A stretch of 46,479 nt of DNA from a virus (IMGVR_UViG_3300048565_000112:1-46479); one strand, 5' to 3'; positions 1 to 9,888 are shown, counted from the first letter of the stretch. Notes: a model not told the origin generated them from the sequence alone. Translations and numbers: made by a program.

Positions 1-2115
1 GTCGGGCGAGGCGGCCAGGTCTCTGAGCACATTGCCGCGGTTGTTCTGGGTCATGGCATAGTCGAGCGGGGCGGTGTCTGGGCGGCGGAAGTGGAGGGCT
101 TCGGTGTAGGCGGCGAGGGCTTCGAGCAGGCGGGCGCGGCGGTCTTCGTCGGGCAAATTCGCCAGGCGCGACAGGGCATTCCCGAGCGTGACTTGTGCAC
201 GCGCAAGAGTGGAAGGATCATTGCCTGCTTGATAAGCAGAAACAAGTTTACACGCCCAATCATACTCATCCCGAACCAGGTAGAAGGCCGCCTGGAGATT
301 GGCTGCATTCACTGCCAGGTCTTGCGCCAGTTCGATATTGTGCTCAATGGCCCAATCGAAGGCATGCCGAAGTTGTGGGTACTCATCCAGCATGCGATAA
401 TGTTCCTGGTGATCATCAGCTTCACTGATCCGTTGGCTATAGGTCTCGGCATGGATCTCGCGGGCGGATTCCTGCTCGCCAGCCCGGCGCAGGAGGGCCA
501 GCGCATAGGCGCGGAGAAGGGTATGCTGACGCCAGCGCTGGTCGGAGACCTGGGTGAGCAGGCCGCGCTCGACGAAGAGGGTAAGTTGATCCTCGGCTTC
601 TTCGGTAGTGCATCCATATACGCCAGCAGCGGCTTCGGCGCTGAAAAGGCCATCCGGGGCGAAGGCACCCAGGGTACGGAAGCGGCGCTGGGATTCGGGT
701 TTGAGGTCTTGATAGGAAGTAAACAGGGCGGATGCAAGACGGGGGTCAGGATACTCGTCAGGAAGTTGAATCTCGCCAAAGCCTGTGCCTTCCACCACCT
801 GGCGGACCATTGTCTGTATGGCGGCAGGCCAGCGGTCCTTGCGCAAACGGAGGAGGCTGCCGCAGGCGATGTTGAGGGCCAGCGCCTGGCGGCCCAGGCC
901 CTCGGCCAGGTCGACGAGGAGAGGCATGACGTTTACATCAGCGTCGGGCAGGCGGGAGTGGATCAGGTCAAGGGCATCTTCGGCTGTGAGCACTTCGAGA
1001 AAGTAAACTTCGCCTTGCAAATCATGGGCGAGCCACTTGTTTCGGGTGGTGATGATCAGGCAGGCATCCTGGGGCAGGGCATTGCGCAGGGGTTGAATGG
1101 CAGCCAGATCCCACACGTCATCGAGGACGACCAGCAGGGGCTGCTGCCTGCTAAATAGGGCGCGGACCATGGCCGGGGTGATGGGTGTGTTGGGATCTCT
1201 TCCCCGTTCGCCTGCATCGAAGAGGCTCCATTCCTTGAGGATCGGGTTGCAAAGCTCGGGGCTGCGGAACTCACTGCCGAGGTTGTTTTGAAAGATGACC
1301 CCGCCAGGGAAGAGCGGATCGAGCTCGATGGCCAGTTGGTGGGCAAAGACGGTTTTTCCGACACAAGGCGCGCCTTGAATGGTGACGATGACTGCCTGCG
1401 CGTCAGGTTCGAGAAGTTTCCTGACAGCATGGAGCTCGGCTTCGCGCCTGATCATATTGTGCAGGGGCGGAGCGGAGGGGCGCAGCCAGCCATCCACGTT
1501 GGCAGGTGGGAGGGAGGTGAATTTCAACTCAGGATAAAGGAATTGAAGTGTTTCCGTAACAATGGAAAAGGAACGACCCCGTTTGCCGAAATCCGTGTCT
1601 CCTGGAATCCCTGAGGTGATAATTCCCACCACGATATGGGATGTGATATCGAGGACGGGGCCGCCGCTGAACCCTGGCGCTACTTCAAAAGAGGAGAGTT
1701 GTAAAAAGGCATACCCCTTGATGTTGTGAATGACCCTGTAGGTCTTCCCCTGGGCGGTCTGCGCGGGGATGTCCCCTGTTTGCGGATATCCCAGGCTTTC
1801 GAACTCGCGGTTTTCGGCGCTTCCAGAGGGTGCTACGAGCAAAGGAGCCACACCTTCAGGCAGCGACAGCGGACGCAGCACAGCCAGGTCACGCTCGGAG
1901 TCATCGACGAGGACTTCGGCACAGGTGATCCCTTGCTGGCCGTAGAAAAGCAATTCGACCTGGCCCGCTCCGTTACGGCGCGCATTCTGGAGGACATGCG
2001 AGCAGGTGACCATGACCCCGCCCTGGACCAGGAAGGTAGTGCCCCGAAAGGGCAGTGACGGACTTGGGTCTTTGGCGAGGACGCCTGCAACGCTGTTACG
2101 GGGATCAAAGGTCAT
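1..2115 (-). CDS. Trypsin-like serine protease + NB-ARC/STAND NTPase + TPR protein (bacterial NLR/Avs-like), 3' end outside window
   Basis: Manual translation from ATG at 2115 (MTFDPRNSVAGVL...) shows the trypsin triad motifs VTCSHV, DLAVL and GFSGGP, Walker A GAPCVGKT, Walker B LLVVLDDVW, IITTR, and a TPR-type repeat YAMTQNNRGNVLRDLA at the window edge in the same frame. It is absent from the ORF track because no stop lies inside the window. Confidence 0.88.
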   Translation of the reverse strand, partial: MTFDPRNSVAGVLAKDPSPSLPFRGTTFLVQGGVMVTCSHVLQNARRNGAGQVELLFYGQQGITCAEVLVDDSERDLAVLRPLSLPEGVAPLLVAPSGSAENREFESLGYPQTGDIPAQTAQGKTYRVIHNIKGYAFLQLSSFEVAPGFSGGPVLDITSHIVVGIITSGIPGDTDFGKRGRSFSIVTETLQFLYPELKFTSLPPANVDGWLRPSAPPLHNMIRREAELHAVRKLLEPDAQAVIVTIQGAPCVGKTVFAHQLAIELDPLFPGGVIFQNNLGSEFRSPELCNPILKEWSLFDAGERGRDPNTPITPAMVRALFSRQQPLLVVLDDVWDLAAIQPLRNALPQDACLIITTRNKWLAHDLQGEVYFLEVLTAEDALDLIHSRLPDADVNVMPLLVDLAEGLGRQALALNIACGSLLRLRKDRWPAAIQTMVRQVVEGTGFGEIQLPDEYPDPRLASALFTSYQDLKPESQRRFRTLGAFAPDGLFSAEAAAGVYGCTTEEAEDQLTLFVERGLLTQVSDQRWRQHTLLRAYALALLRRAGEQESAREIHAETYSQRISEADDHQEHYRMLDEYPQLRHAFDWAIEHNIELAQDLAVNAANLQAAFYLVRDEYDWACKLVSAYQAGNDPSTLARAQVTLGNALSRLANLPDEDRRARLLEALAAYTEALHFRRPDTAPLDYAMTQNNRGNVLRDLAASPD

Positions 2116-2289
2116 GAGGATTTCCTTTAAAAATCCTATCCTGTTTTGCTTTATCGGCCATCTGCCTTGGACCGCCAATGACTGGATCTAAATCTTCGAT
2201 CAAGATGATTGACTTCTTCAGCGACGGCCTTTCGGTCATTTTAAGTAAATTTGATCTTAGCCAACGAGAGTAGGCTGACACTGTTGTTC

Positions 2290-4437
2290 TTAGTTGTCAA
2301 CATTTAATACGTCTTTATTGTTTTCTTTAAAGTAACGGCCTTCGGCTAATGAAGTAATTGAAAATTGTGGGCGTCCCTGCTCGTCAAGTTCTCTGTTTAC
2401 AAGGTTGTTTTGTTTTAAGATCTTTCCTCTTTTTCCAACTAATTGATATGAACAATCTAACTCAGCTGCAATTTGTCTGGCATAAAGTGGCTCTTTTTCT
2501 GTAGCCAAGGTTTGAAGTATTTCTAATTCCGTCTTAGGTAATAAAAGTTCGGGCTTTAAATTTTGAATAACACTTTCATATTTTTTTGATAAATTGATTA
2601 CTATACATAACCCGTTTTTGCATTTGGGGCATTGCATACCATAAAGTTGTAAAGCGGGTACCATTTCGATGTCAAATTTCTCGTTGCAATTTTCGCACAC
2701 TACTTCTTGATTGTCTTTCATGTAATCCACCAGAATAGAACTATAGTCAAATACCCTTTCTACAAAATAAAGACGAAATTCACGTTGACCTCGAGGTCTG
2801 CCATATTCAAGATTGTATTTTTGGCAGAGCCCATAGTTAAGGGAAAACACAGTTACCTTGCGCCCATCCCTATCACTCATTTCAAAGTATTTTGTAAGGA
2901 AAAAATTTAATTCTAATGTTGAAAGCAATGCCTCCAAATTAGCTAAAACGTGAAAATGACTGGTTGGTGGAGTACCTGTTGTTTCACTTATCTTGATCAT
3001 TACCTTTGAACCGCGGTGGCTTTTTAATTCGCGAGATCGATTGACCACAGTTTCTAATAGCTCTTTTAGACTATAAACTGAAGACCGCTCATCAAAGGTC
3101 TGATGAAGGAATTTGTTCATAGAAAAATAGGGCTCAATTTTATCTTCATAATATTTTTGGGCTGCATCGCGTATTGATCTGCTTCCTATAGTTCGACCAT
3201 AAATTAGCTGAGATTCATACAGGTAAAACAATATGTACCCTAGATTTCGAGGGTTTGCCATAGTGGCATAAAACAGCAAACGCCATAAATCATCGTTTTG
3301 GTTTTGAGTAAAAAATATCTCAGGTTTTTTTCCACAATAGTGATTAATTCGACGCTCGATTATTCTTCTTGTGAAATCTACAGCCTTATCTTCCATGGTG
3401 GAAACATCATTTCCACCATACATCTTATAGGTATCAAGCGAGATCTCATCAATTTTTGTTTTGTCAATTTCCCCGTAATATACTCTTCCTGGGTAGGCCG
3501 CTATCTTAAATTTGATAAGCTCTTCAGACCAGTTGTTAAGCGGCGCCAATAGTGTGTCGACCACAATTTTCATTGCATCTTCGGGAAGTTCGGAAAAATC
3601 ATCAATAAATATGTATAACCGTTTGATGTTAATGGTTTCAAGTAATTTTTTTAACTTTAGAAGCAGTTCTTTAATATCGAGAACGCGCATGAGAATGTCA
3701 GAGTAATTCTGTTCATTTCCTTGCTTGACGGTCGTCGTGTTCGATATAGTAAGGCCTGCACTTATCTCAGGATTACTACTTACTTTTCCTGTAAGGTTAC
3801 CCTCCAGACCTTTAGATTGCTCTTTTTCTAATGATTCCTGGAGTTTGACTTTCTTTAATCCAAGTATGCTCATGAATCGATCATCATTATCATCATTTAT
3901 TAGGTCATCAAGATCTTTGAATAACTCATCAAGAGTTAGAGGACCAAATAAATTTAGTTTTAAATTTTCCCAAATTGAACTTTTTACTCGTTTTTTTAGT
4001 TCGTTTTGAATATCTAATACAACCTCTTTTAAGAATGCTTTGTAGAGTAAAAGCTTATGTAAAGTTTCTTCTGGAAGAATATTAGGAGCAATCTCTTGTG
4101 CCTTACTTAATAAATTTGAATCCACAGTAGAGGACTCGTAAAGAGTCTTTATGTCAATGTAAACAGAAAGAAAGGACGAATTCTTTCTTAACTCGTGCTG
4201 AGCTCTTTGGAAAACAGTAGATTTTCCTGTACCTTTTCTCCCAATGATAAATGTTGTATTAGGCTTTATAGTAGTTTGCAGCACATGATTGTTAGGAAGT
4301 GGGTCCACATAAAGTTTTTCAATTAAATTATTGCCACTATCCTCATCTTGTAATTCAGCTCGGCGATAAAGCTTCAAAGATTGAGCAGCTTCATGAAAAG
4401 CATTGAGTTGTGCTGAGGTCAAAAGTGGTTTTTGCAT
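2290..4437 (-). CDS. P-loop NTPase with C-terminal Zn ribbon and winged HTH (probable defence protein)
   Basis: 715 aa, AT-rich; Walker A GRKGTGKS, Walker B YIFIDDFSE, CENC...CPKC, C-terminal HTH (LYARQIAAELDCSYQLVGKRGK). Confidence 0.8.
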   Translation of the reverse strand: MQKPLLTSAQLNAFHEAAQSLKLYRRAELQDEDSGNNLIEKLYVDPLPNNHVLQTTIKPNTTFIIGRKGTGKSTVFQRAQHELRKNSSFLSVYIDIKTLYESSTVDSNLLSKAQEIAPNILPEETLHKLLLYKAFLKEVVLDIQNELKKRVKSSIWENLKLNLFGPLTLDELFKDLDDLINDDNDDRFMSILGLKKVKLQESLEKEQSKGLEGNLTGKVSSNPEISAGLTISNTTTVKQGNEQNYSDILMRVLDIKELLLKLKKLLETINIKRLYIFIDDFSELPEDAMKIVVDTLLAPLNNWSEELIKFKIAAYPGRVYYGEIDKTKIDEISLDTYKMYGGNDVSTMEDKAVDFTRRIIERRINHYCGKKPEIFFTQNQNDDLWRLLFYATMANPRNLGYILFYLYESQLIYGRTIGSRSIRDAAQKYYEDKIEPYFSMNKFLHQTFDERSSVYSLKELLETVVNRSRELKSHRGSKVMIKISETTGTPPTSHFHVLANLEALLSTLELNFFLTKYFEMSDRDGRKVTVFSLNYGLCQKYNLEYGRPRGQREFRLYFVERVFDYSSILVDYMKDNQEVVCENCNEKFDIEMVPALQLYGMQCPKCKNGLCIVINLSKKYESVIQNLKPELLLPKTELEILQTLATEKEPLYARQIAAELDCSYQLVGKRGKILKQNNLVNRELDEQGRPQFSITSLAEGRYFKENNKDVLNVDN

Positions 4438-4582
4438 GATTTTTAGTTTTGCACCTTTCTGAATTATTTACCTGACGAAGCTGTGCTGTTTACGAACATA
4501 TTTTGGGTTTTCAATAGACAATTGCGAATCTAGTCGGGATCGAAAGACAAGGAGTAATTCCTATGGTAGATATTCGGCCAGA

Positions 4583-7180
4583 TTATTGAAGAATCTTTGC
4601 ATCTATCTGGGCTTCAACTTTTCGCCCTTTTTCATCTACCTTGATCGCCAAAAGGAAGAGGGCCTTTTTATCGCTTTTCTCTTCCCATTTTTCGCCGATG
4701 TTCTTCTTTTCCTGTGAACCATCAATTAAATGTGCGCCTTTGTATTCGATGACAAAGATGCGCCCGTCGTTGAGCATGGCCACAAAGTCGGGGTAAAAGA
4801 AGTGCCCATTCGAGAGCGGAAGGCGGAAGGCCCAGGTTTCCTGGACAAGGTTCCGCACCCAGTATTTGACGTGTTCATTCTGGTCGATGCTCTTGGCGCA
4901 CTCCAACTCTTCTGTGTCGAGTTCAGCGATGGTATTGCCGTAGTAGTGTTTGTTGAATTGATAGCTGCCCTGATAAAAAGCGTTGGCGGGGTAGCTCTTG
5001 GGGTCGAATATGAAGGCGTAATCGTAGGTGGTTTGAGCGGTGGTGGTGTCACCAAATAATAAGGCTTGATAGTTTTTCTGGCTGTCTGTCACTTGATGAT
5101 CTTTTACTTTTTTGGCAATTGCTTTTAGCAATTGAAAGCGCCCTCGGACCAGCGTGACGAGGGATATTTTGCGCTTCTCCAGCAATTGCTTTAATATCCT
5201 GCGTGTGAATTCAAGCAGGTCTTCAGCGCGAATATTGGGTTGACGCAAGCGTGGCTCCAGCCAGCGCGAGAGTTGCAGGTCGGTCAGGCCGCTTTCGGTG
5301 TCGCTAAAATCAAGCGGGAGTTGTTTACCTAAAAATTTATAGGTGAGTTTTTCACCTTGGATATCGAACTCGTAGCTGGTGGCTTTCTCTTCGACGGTAA
5401 AGTCTATTTCGGTGAGTTCGGCGGGGTAGTCGAGGAGCTTCCATAGGTGGTCGTCCAAAACGTACTCTGCAAGTTCGGGTTCCCCATCCACCTGAAGGCT
5501 TAGTTGGGGAACGACAAAAGGCTCACCGCGTTCGGCAGGGGAGAGCGGGCGTTTTGGATGCTGGCGGTATAGTACTATGGTTTCACTGACTCTGAGACGA
5601 TCCTGTTCCTGCACAGAGGCGATGATCTTCTTTTCCAGTTCAGGGGTGACTTCTCCAGAGACGCGCAGAAGCAGACGATCATCCTGACCCGTTTCGATCT
5701 TTAATTGTGCGCGTTCCACCAGATTAAACTTTGAAAGGTCGGGTTCTTCGGTGAGGAGGAAGACGACGGGTTCCTGCGATTTGAAGGTGATGGGGGAATC
5801 ATCCATAAAAGTAGCTTGTGCCTGTGTGTATTGTTGGGCTTCCAGCTTGTCGAAGCCCATGTCCACCAGGCAATCTTCCATCTGTTCGGCAGCTTGTGTC
5901 CAACTGGTGGAGGAAACATGGGCATAGGCGCGATTCAACTCGGTGTGGACACGTTCGCGGGCATAGGGCATGCGCAGCACGCGACCCAGCAATTGCTCGA
6001 CATCCTTCTTTGAATGGACGGTGGCTACCGAGCAGAAGACATAGGCGAAGGAGCAATCCCAGCCTTCCTTCAAGGCTTCCATCGTGATGATGGCTTCGAT
6101 CTTGTTGGCGGGGTCGAAGAGATTCACTCCGTCCAGTTCGCGCTGTATGCCTGTGGCAATGGCAATTTGACTGCGAGACAGGCCGCAAGTTTCCATCAAA
6201 AACTTTTCCACCACATCCACGGTCACTTCATGGCCTTTGTCTTCAGCCTGAATGAGCACAATCGGGCGCAGGAAATCGGGTTCTTTTGCGGCAATTTCAG
6301 CCAACTTGTTGCGCGTGAGAATAGCGTCCTGAACGGCTTGTTCCCAAGTCTGATGTTCGGTCAGGACGATGGGCAGCTTGATCATTTGCTCGTGCCTGAG
6401 CTGTGAGGCAGAGACGTTATACAGAATGTTGCTGCTATCGGTGGGGGTGGCGGTGAATTCAAAGACACATTCAGGTTGAATGCGGGTAAAGACTTCGTGC
6501 ATTAATTTGGTGCCAGCGTTGTGAGCCTCGTCCACGATGACCAGTGGACGGTGCAGGGTTAACAAGTTGCGGAAGGAAAACCTGGGCTTGCCCTTGTCTG
6601 TGCCTTCATCGATGGGTTCCAAATTGTCGATGTCTGCGGGCAGGTTTACGAAATGCGGCTCCAGATATTCATTGTGGGCATAGACCTTGCGGCCTTCGGT
6701 GTCTTTGACCTTCAGGCTGGCGAAGGTACCAACAAAGACGCAGGCGTGGTCGCGCAAATCCTGCGGGCGGATCTGGGTGAACTCGCTGATATCCAACACT
6801 TTGACATGGCCCTTGAAGGCAGCCATCAGGGCTTCACGGTTGGGATGGTTGGGGGATTTGAGGGTTTCGAGTGTTTGCTCGCGGATTATCTTGGTGGGGA
6901 CCAGCCACAGGATGAGTGGGTACTCATCATCCAGGTACATACCTGCCGCAATGGACGCGCTGCGGGCGGCCATGTAGGTCTTGCCACCGCCTGTTGGGAT
7001 ACGCAGACAGATGTACGGTGTTTCAGGCAGGGGCTTTAGCGGCTTGTATGCGCGAGGCTGTTCGTTCGCTTGGGTGATGCTCTCGAAAGCGGATTTTGCC
7101 CCCCGCACGCGCGCGGCTTCGAGATAGTTCTTCAAGATATCTAAAGCGGTTTCCTGATATTCTTTGCGTTGAAAGGACAT
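4583..7180 (-). CDS. res: Type III-like restriction subunit (SF2 helicase/ATPase + PD-(D/E)xK nuclease)
   Basis: PTGGGKT, DEAH, TATP, LKEGWD, QLLGRVLR and C-terminal YPDF...IEYKG; directly coupled to the upstream methyltransferase. Confidence 0.88.
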   Translation of the reverse strand: MSFQRKEYQETALDILKNYLEAARVRGAKSAFESITQANEQPRAYKPLKPLPETPYICLRIPTGGGKTYMAARSASIAAGMYLDDEYPLILWLVPTKIIREQTLETLKSPNHPNREALMAAFKGHVKVLDISEFTQIRPQDLRDHACVFVGTFASLKVKDTEGRKVYAHNEYLEPHFVNLPADIDNLEPIDEGTDKGKPRFSFRNLLTLHRPLVIVDEAHNAGTKLMHEVFTRIQPECVFEFTATPTDSSNILYNVSASQLRHEQMIKLPIVLTEHQTWEQAVQDAILTRNKLAEIAAKEPDFLRPIVLIQAEDKGHEVTVDVVEKFLMETCGLSRSQIAIATGIQRELDGVNLFDPANKIEAIITMEALKEGWDCSFAYVFCSVATVHSKKDVEQLLGRVLRMPYARERVHTELNRAYAHVSSTSWTQAAEQMEDCLVDMGFDKLEAQQYTQAQATFMDDSPITFKSQEPVVFLLTEEPDLSKFNLVERAQLKIETGQDDRLLLRVSGEVTPELEKKIIASVQEQDRLRVSETIVLYRQHPKRPLSPAERGEPFVVPQLSLQVDGEPELAEYVLDDHLWKLLDYPAELTEIDFTVEEKATSYEFDIQGEKLTYKFLGKQLPLDFSDTESGLTDLQLSRWLEPRLRQPNIRAEDLLEFTRRILKQLLEKRKISLVTLVRGRFQLLKAIAKKVKDHQVTDSQKNYQALLFGDTTTAQTTYDYAFIFDPKSYPANAFYQGSYQFNKHYYGNTIAELDTEELECAKSIDQNEHVKYWVRNLVQETWAFRLPLSNGHFFYPDFVAMLNDGRIFVIEYKGAHLIDGSQEKKNIGEKWEEKSDKKALFLLAIKVDEKGRKVEAQIDAKILQ

Positions 7181-7181
7181 G

Positions 7182-8696
7182 TCAGCGTGCCTTTATGTCG
7201 TAGGGAACCTGTTTGAAGTTGATGTTTTCGCGGGTCAGCCGTTGAGAGCCAAAGGTGGTCAGCTCGCCATAGATCACCTTGGAGCCCTGATGCGGGGGCA
7301 GGCTGGCAAGGATTTTGCCTGTCAGCACATTGCCGCCATCTTTGGCCTTATCGCCCAGGATGCCGTTGTAGAGAAGGTAATAGGCGGTGCCGTTGTGGAT
7401 CCCAAGCAGGGGGGAAGGCTGTTTGCCTTTGAAGCCGAGCGGGGTATGGGTTTCAGTAAACCAGATATGTGCAGCCAATGGATGGAATTTGACCACTGGG
7501 TTGATCTGACCTTCTTCGTTGAAGATGGTTTCGCCGAGACGATAGAAGTGAAAGCCACCGCCACCCTGCCAGCCTACTTCTTGACTGATGCCGCCCTGCT
7601 CACCTTCAATGACTTTCTTCAATCGTGGGGTGCAATGCGTAATAGCGTGTTCGCCCATTTCAATGCCGATATACCGCCTGCCCATTTTGTGAGCAACGGC
7701 AGCAGTTGTGCCTGAGCCGAGAAAGGAGTCAAGGACAAGATCATTTAGTTTTGTAGATATATACAATATTCGATGTAAGAGTCTTTCAGGCTTTGGTGTA
7801 TCGAAAGCATTATTAGCACCAAAAAGTTCGTTTATTTCTTTTTTTGCTTCTTGGTTATGGCCAACTTCATTGTTTGACCACCAAGTCCACGAACTTACGC
7901 CTTCGCTTTCAAACAAGTACGTCTTTACTCTTGGTCGCCCATTTTTATCTTTTCCATACCACATCCTGCCTTCGGCTACTAATTTGTTGTATTCGCTTTC
8001 AATGTTGCTCCAACAACGTCCTAAAGGCGGTTCATATACAGTGCCGCCTGGCGTTGTTAATTTGTACATTTGATTTGGTCGCCAACCTTGTGCCGTAAAG
8101 TCTGTTGAAACCCATGGGCCACGAGAGTCGTTGTCTGGGTTTTTATAGCCTTTTTTCTGTTCCTCAGTCAAAGGCATTTTATTAAAGCTAATATTATCGG
8201 CATTTTTTGCATAAACAATAATGTAGTCATGAGCTGCGCCTAGCTGAATTCTTGCGTCAGGTGAAGTTCTTTTTTGCCAAACAACATTAGCAATAAAATT
8301 CTTGCGATGAAATATCTCGTCTAATAAAATCCTAATATAAGGCTCTTCATTATCATCCATAGAAATCCAAATTGAGCCATTATCTGCTAGAAGATCGCGT
8401 AGTATTTCAAGGCGCGGGTACATTAGACTCAACCATGTAGAATGTTCCAGATTATCGTCATAATATTCAAAGGCGCTTTGGGTATTGTAGGGTGGGTCAA
8501 TGTAAATGCACTTCACCTGTCCCGCGTAGTATGGCAATAAGGCTTTCAAGGCTTCGAGGTTGTCGCCTTGAATGAGCATGTTCTCGGTGTTCGGGTCGCC
8601 AGCCGAAATTGCCTCATCCGCTTCGAGCAGGCGATAGGGTACGCGGCTGGAGGTCTTGCGCGCTTCTTCGTCATTAAGCCAGTGCAAAATGGGCAT
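7182..8696 (-). CDS. mod: Type III-like Mod DNA adenine methyltransferase
   Basis: QGDNLEAL, IYIDPPYN, TPKPERLL, DSFLGSGTT; beta-class motif order with a central target recognition domain. Confidence 0.92.
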   Translation of the reverse strand: MPILHWLNDEEARKTSSRVPYRLLEADEAISAGDPNTENMLIQGDNLEALKALLPYYAGQVKCIYIDPPYNTQSAFEYYDDNLEHSTWLSLMYPRLEILRDLLADNGSIWISMDDNEEPYIRILLDEIFHRKNFIANVVWQKRTSPDARIQLGAAHDYIIVYAKNADNISFNKMPLTEEQKKGYKNPDNDSRGPWVSTDFTAQGWRPNQMYKLTTPGGTVYEPPLGRCWSNIESEYNKLVAEGRMWYGKDKNGRPRVKTYLFESEGVSSWTWWSNNEVGHNQEAKKEINELFGANNAFDTPKPERLLHRILYISTKLNDLVLDSFLGSGTTAAVAHKMGRRYIGIEMGEHAITHCTPRLKKVIEGEQGGISQEVGWQGGGGFHFYRLGETIFNEEGQINPVVKFHPLAAHIWFTETHTPLGFKGKQPSPLLGIHNGTAYYLLYNGILGDKAKDGGNVLTGKILASLPPHQGSKVIYGELTTFGSQRLTRENINFKQVPYDIKAR

Positions 8697-8723
8697 GTAT
8701 TTTTCATCTTCCTGGAGATGTTT

Positions 8724-8921
8724 TTATCTTATTCGCTTCCAAAAAAATATCTTTACAGTTCTAGTCCTACACCAAACCCAATATTTCAGTCGTAAATCTT
8801 CAGTATGGATAATAGGTAACCCGATCATCACGTTTGTAAGGAATACTAGAATTCCCAAAACGAATTTGAAAATGTTGATACTCTGTCCCTCACCTGGATT
8901 TTCACAAACTTTGAAAGGCAA
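8724..8921 (-). CDS. small putative membrane protein
   Basis: 65 aa with one hydrophobic stretch (FKFVLGILVFLTNVMIGLPII); start uncertain. Confidence 0.35.
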   Translation of the reverse strand: MPFKVCENPGEGQSINIFKFVLGILVFLTNVMIGLPIIHTEDLRLKYWVWCRTRTVKIFFWKRIR

Positions 8922-9087
8922 GGATTATCAGAAAACCAACGATATTGAAAATGCCTAACATGATCATGCGACGGACGAATACCTTGTTTGGGACCATTTT
9001 CAACGCTGACCAGGCTCCCAGCGCCAGGGGAGACACTGTTACCCAGATGATCCAACCGAGAAAAAAGGGGTTAGACACTGTAAACAT
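8902..9087 (-). CDS. small putative two-TM membrane protein
   Basis: 61 aa with two hydrophobic segments; overlaps its neighbours in operon-like fashion. Confidence 0.45.
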   Translation of the reverse strand: MFTVSNPFFLGWIIWVTVSPLALGAWSALKMVPNKVFVRRMIMLGIFNIVGFLIILAFQSL

Positions 9088-9409
9088 TTAATCTCACCCA
9101 GTGAGCTAGATAAACGCGCTTCGGCGGTCTCAGCATCAATATCGTGAGCGTGGTGAACATGAAGGAACTGGCCAGCAACGCAAAGAGCTGAATGGGATGT
9201 GGAGGAAAGACCCGCAGGAGGGAGAGATAGCTCCCCAGAAAGACCAGCGGGGGGAAAAAGTATAACTCCCGATAATAGGCCCACTTAAAGAACCTGATGG
9301 CATGTTGATGGAACGAACGCCTGCCACACAGAAATAACACTACCAATAAGACAATAATGACGCGGGTTTCAGATGCGTCATATATAGCTTTTCGAAGCTT
9401 CTCTTTCAC
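9071..9409 (-). CDS. putative membrane protein
   Basis: 112 aa with several hydrophobic segments, immediately downstream of the repressor. Confidence 0.5.
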   Translation of the reverse strand: MKEKLRKAIYDASETRVIIVLLVVLFLCGRRSFHQHAIRFFKWAYYRELYFFPPLVFLGSYLSLLRVFPPHPIQLFALLASSFMFTTLTILMLRPPKRVYLAHWVRLNVYSV

Positions 9410-9425
9410 GATCTTCCACTGATTC

Positions 9426-9794
9426 TCACTTCACAGGTTTTGTACTGGGATTCTTTTTATAGAAATCGTTGCGCTGTTCCAGTAGAGTAATGGCGAGTTC
9501 TATATCACTATCGGGCAGACCTTCCGAGGCATGCAATAAAGCGCGGCGGGCGGGGGAGAGATCAGCCTTCGGGGGAAGAATTCCTAATTTCTCAAAGACA
9601 AAGTCAACCGGTAAATTTAATGCTTTTGCAATCGCGCGTGCGGTTGTTTCCCCCGCATTCCTTTTTTGATTGATGATATTGCTTATTACAGCCGAATCAA
9701 GGTTCGACTCACGAACCAGGTCGGCCTGTTTCCACTTGCGTTTGGCAAGTTCATCTTTTAGCCAATCAGCTGGGGATGCGGCATTGTTGTCCAT
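9426..9794 (-). CDS. XRE-family HTH phage repressor (CI-like, no peptidase domain)
   Basis: N-terminal WLKDELAKRKWKQADLVRESNLDSAVISNIINQKR...IAKAL; divergent from the early operon. Confidence 0.88.
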   Translation of the reverse strand: MDNNAASPADWLKDELAKRKWKQADLVRESNLDSAVISNIINQKRNAGETTARAIAKALNLPVDFVFEKLGILPPKADLSPARRALLHASEGLPDSDIELAITLLEQRNDFYKKNPSTKPVK

Positions 9795-9888
9795 AGATAG
9801 CTAAAATTTACTTTTTAGAATACTATCTTGGGATAGTAATTAGTTGACAATTTGTCATAATTGATTATAATGCTATCTGTAGATAGCA
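9785..9888. promoter_or_regulatory. Repeated palindromic operators, consensus TRCTATC-N4-GATAGYA
   Basis: TACTATC-TTGG-GATAGTA (9821-9838), TGCTATC-TGTA-GATAGCA (9871-9888) and degenerate TGTTGTC-CATA-GATAGCT (9785-9802). Confidence 0.75.
9844..9871 (+). promoter_or_regulatory. Consensus sigma70 early (PR-like) promoter
   Basis: TTGACA (9844-9849), 16-bp spacer, TATAAT (9866-9871); AAGGAG RBS before 9916. Confidence 0.8.

Noticed and set aside
91-2058. Plus-strand ORFs 91-1158, 1288-1614 and 1726-2058
   Set aside because: Antisense shadows of the minus-strand trypsin-NB-ARC-TPR gene.
2255-2290. attC site after the 715-aa NTPase gene
   Set aside because: AAC/GTT triplets are present but there is no convincing paired structure or matching core site.
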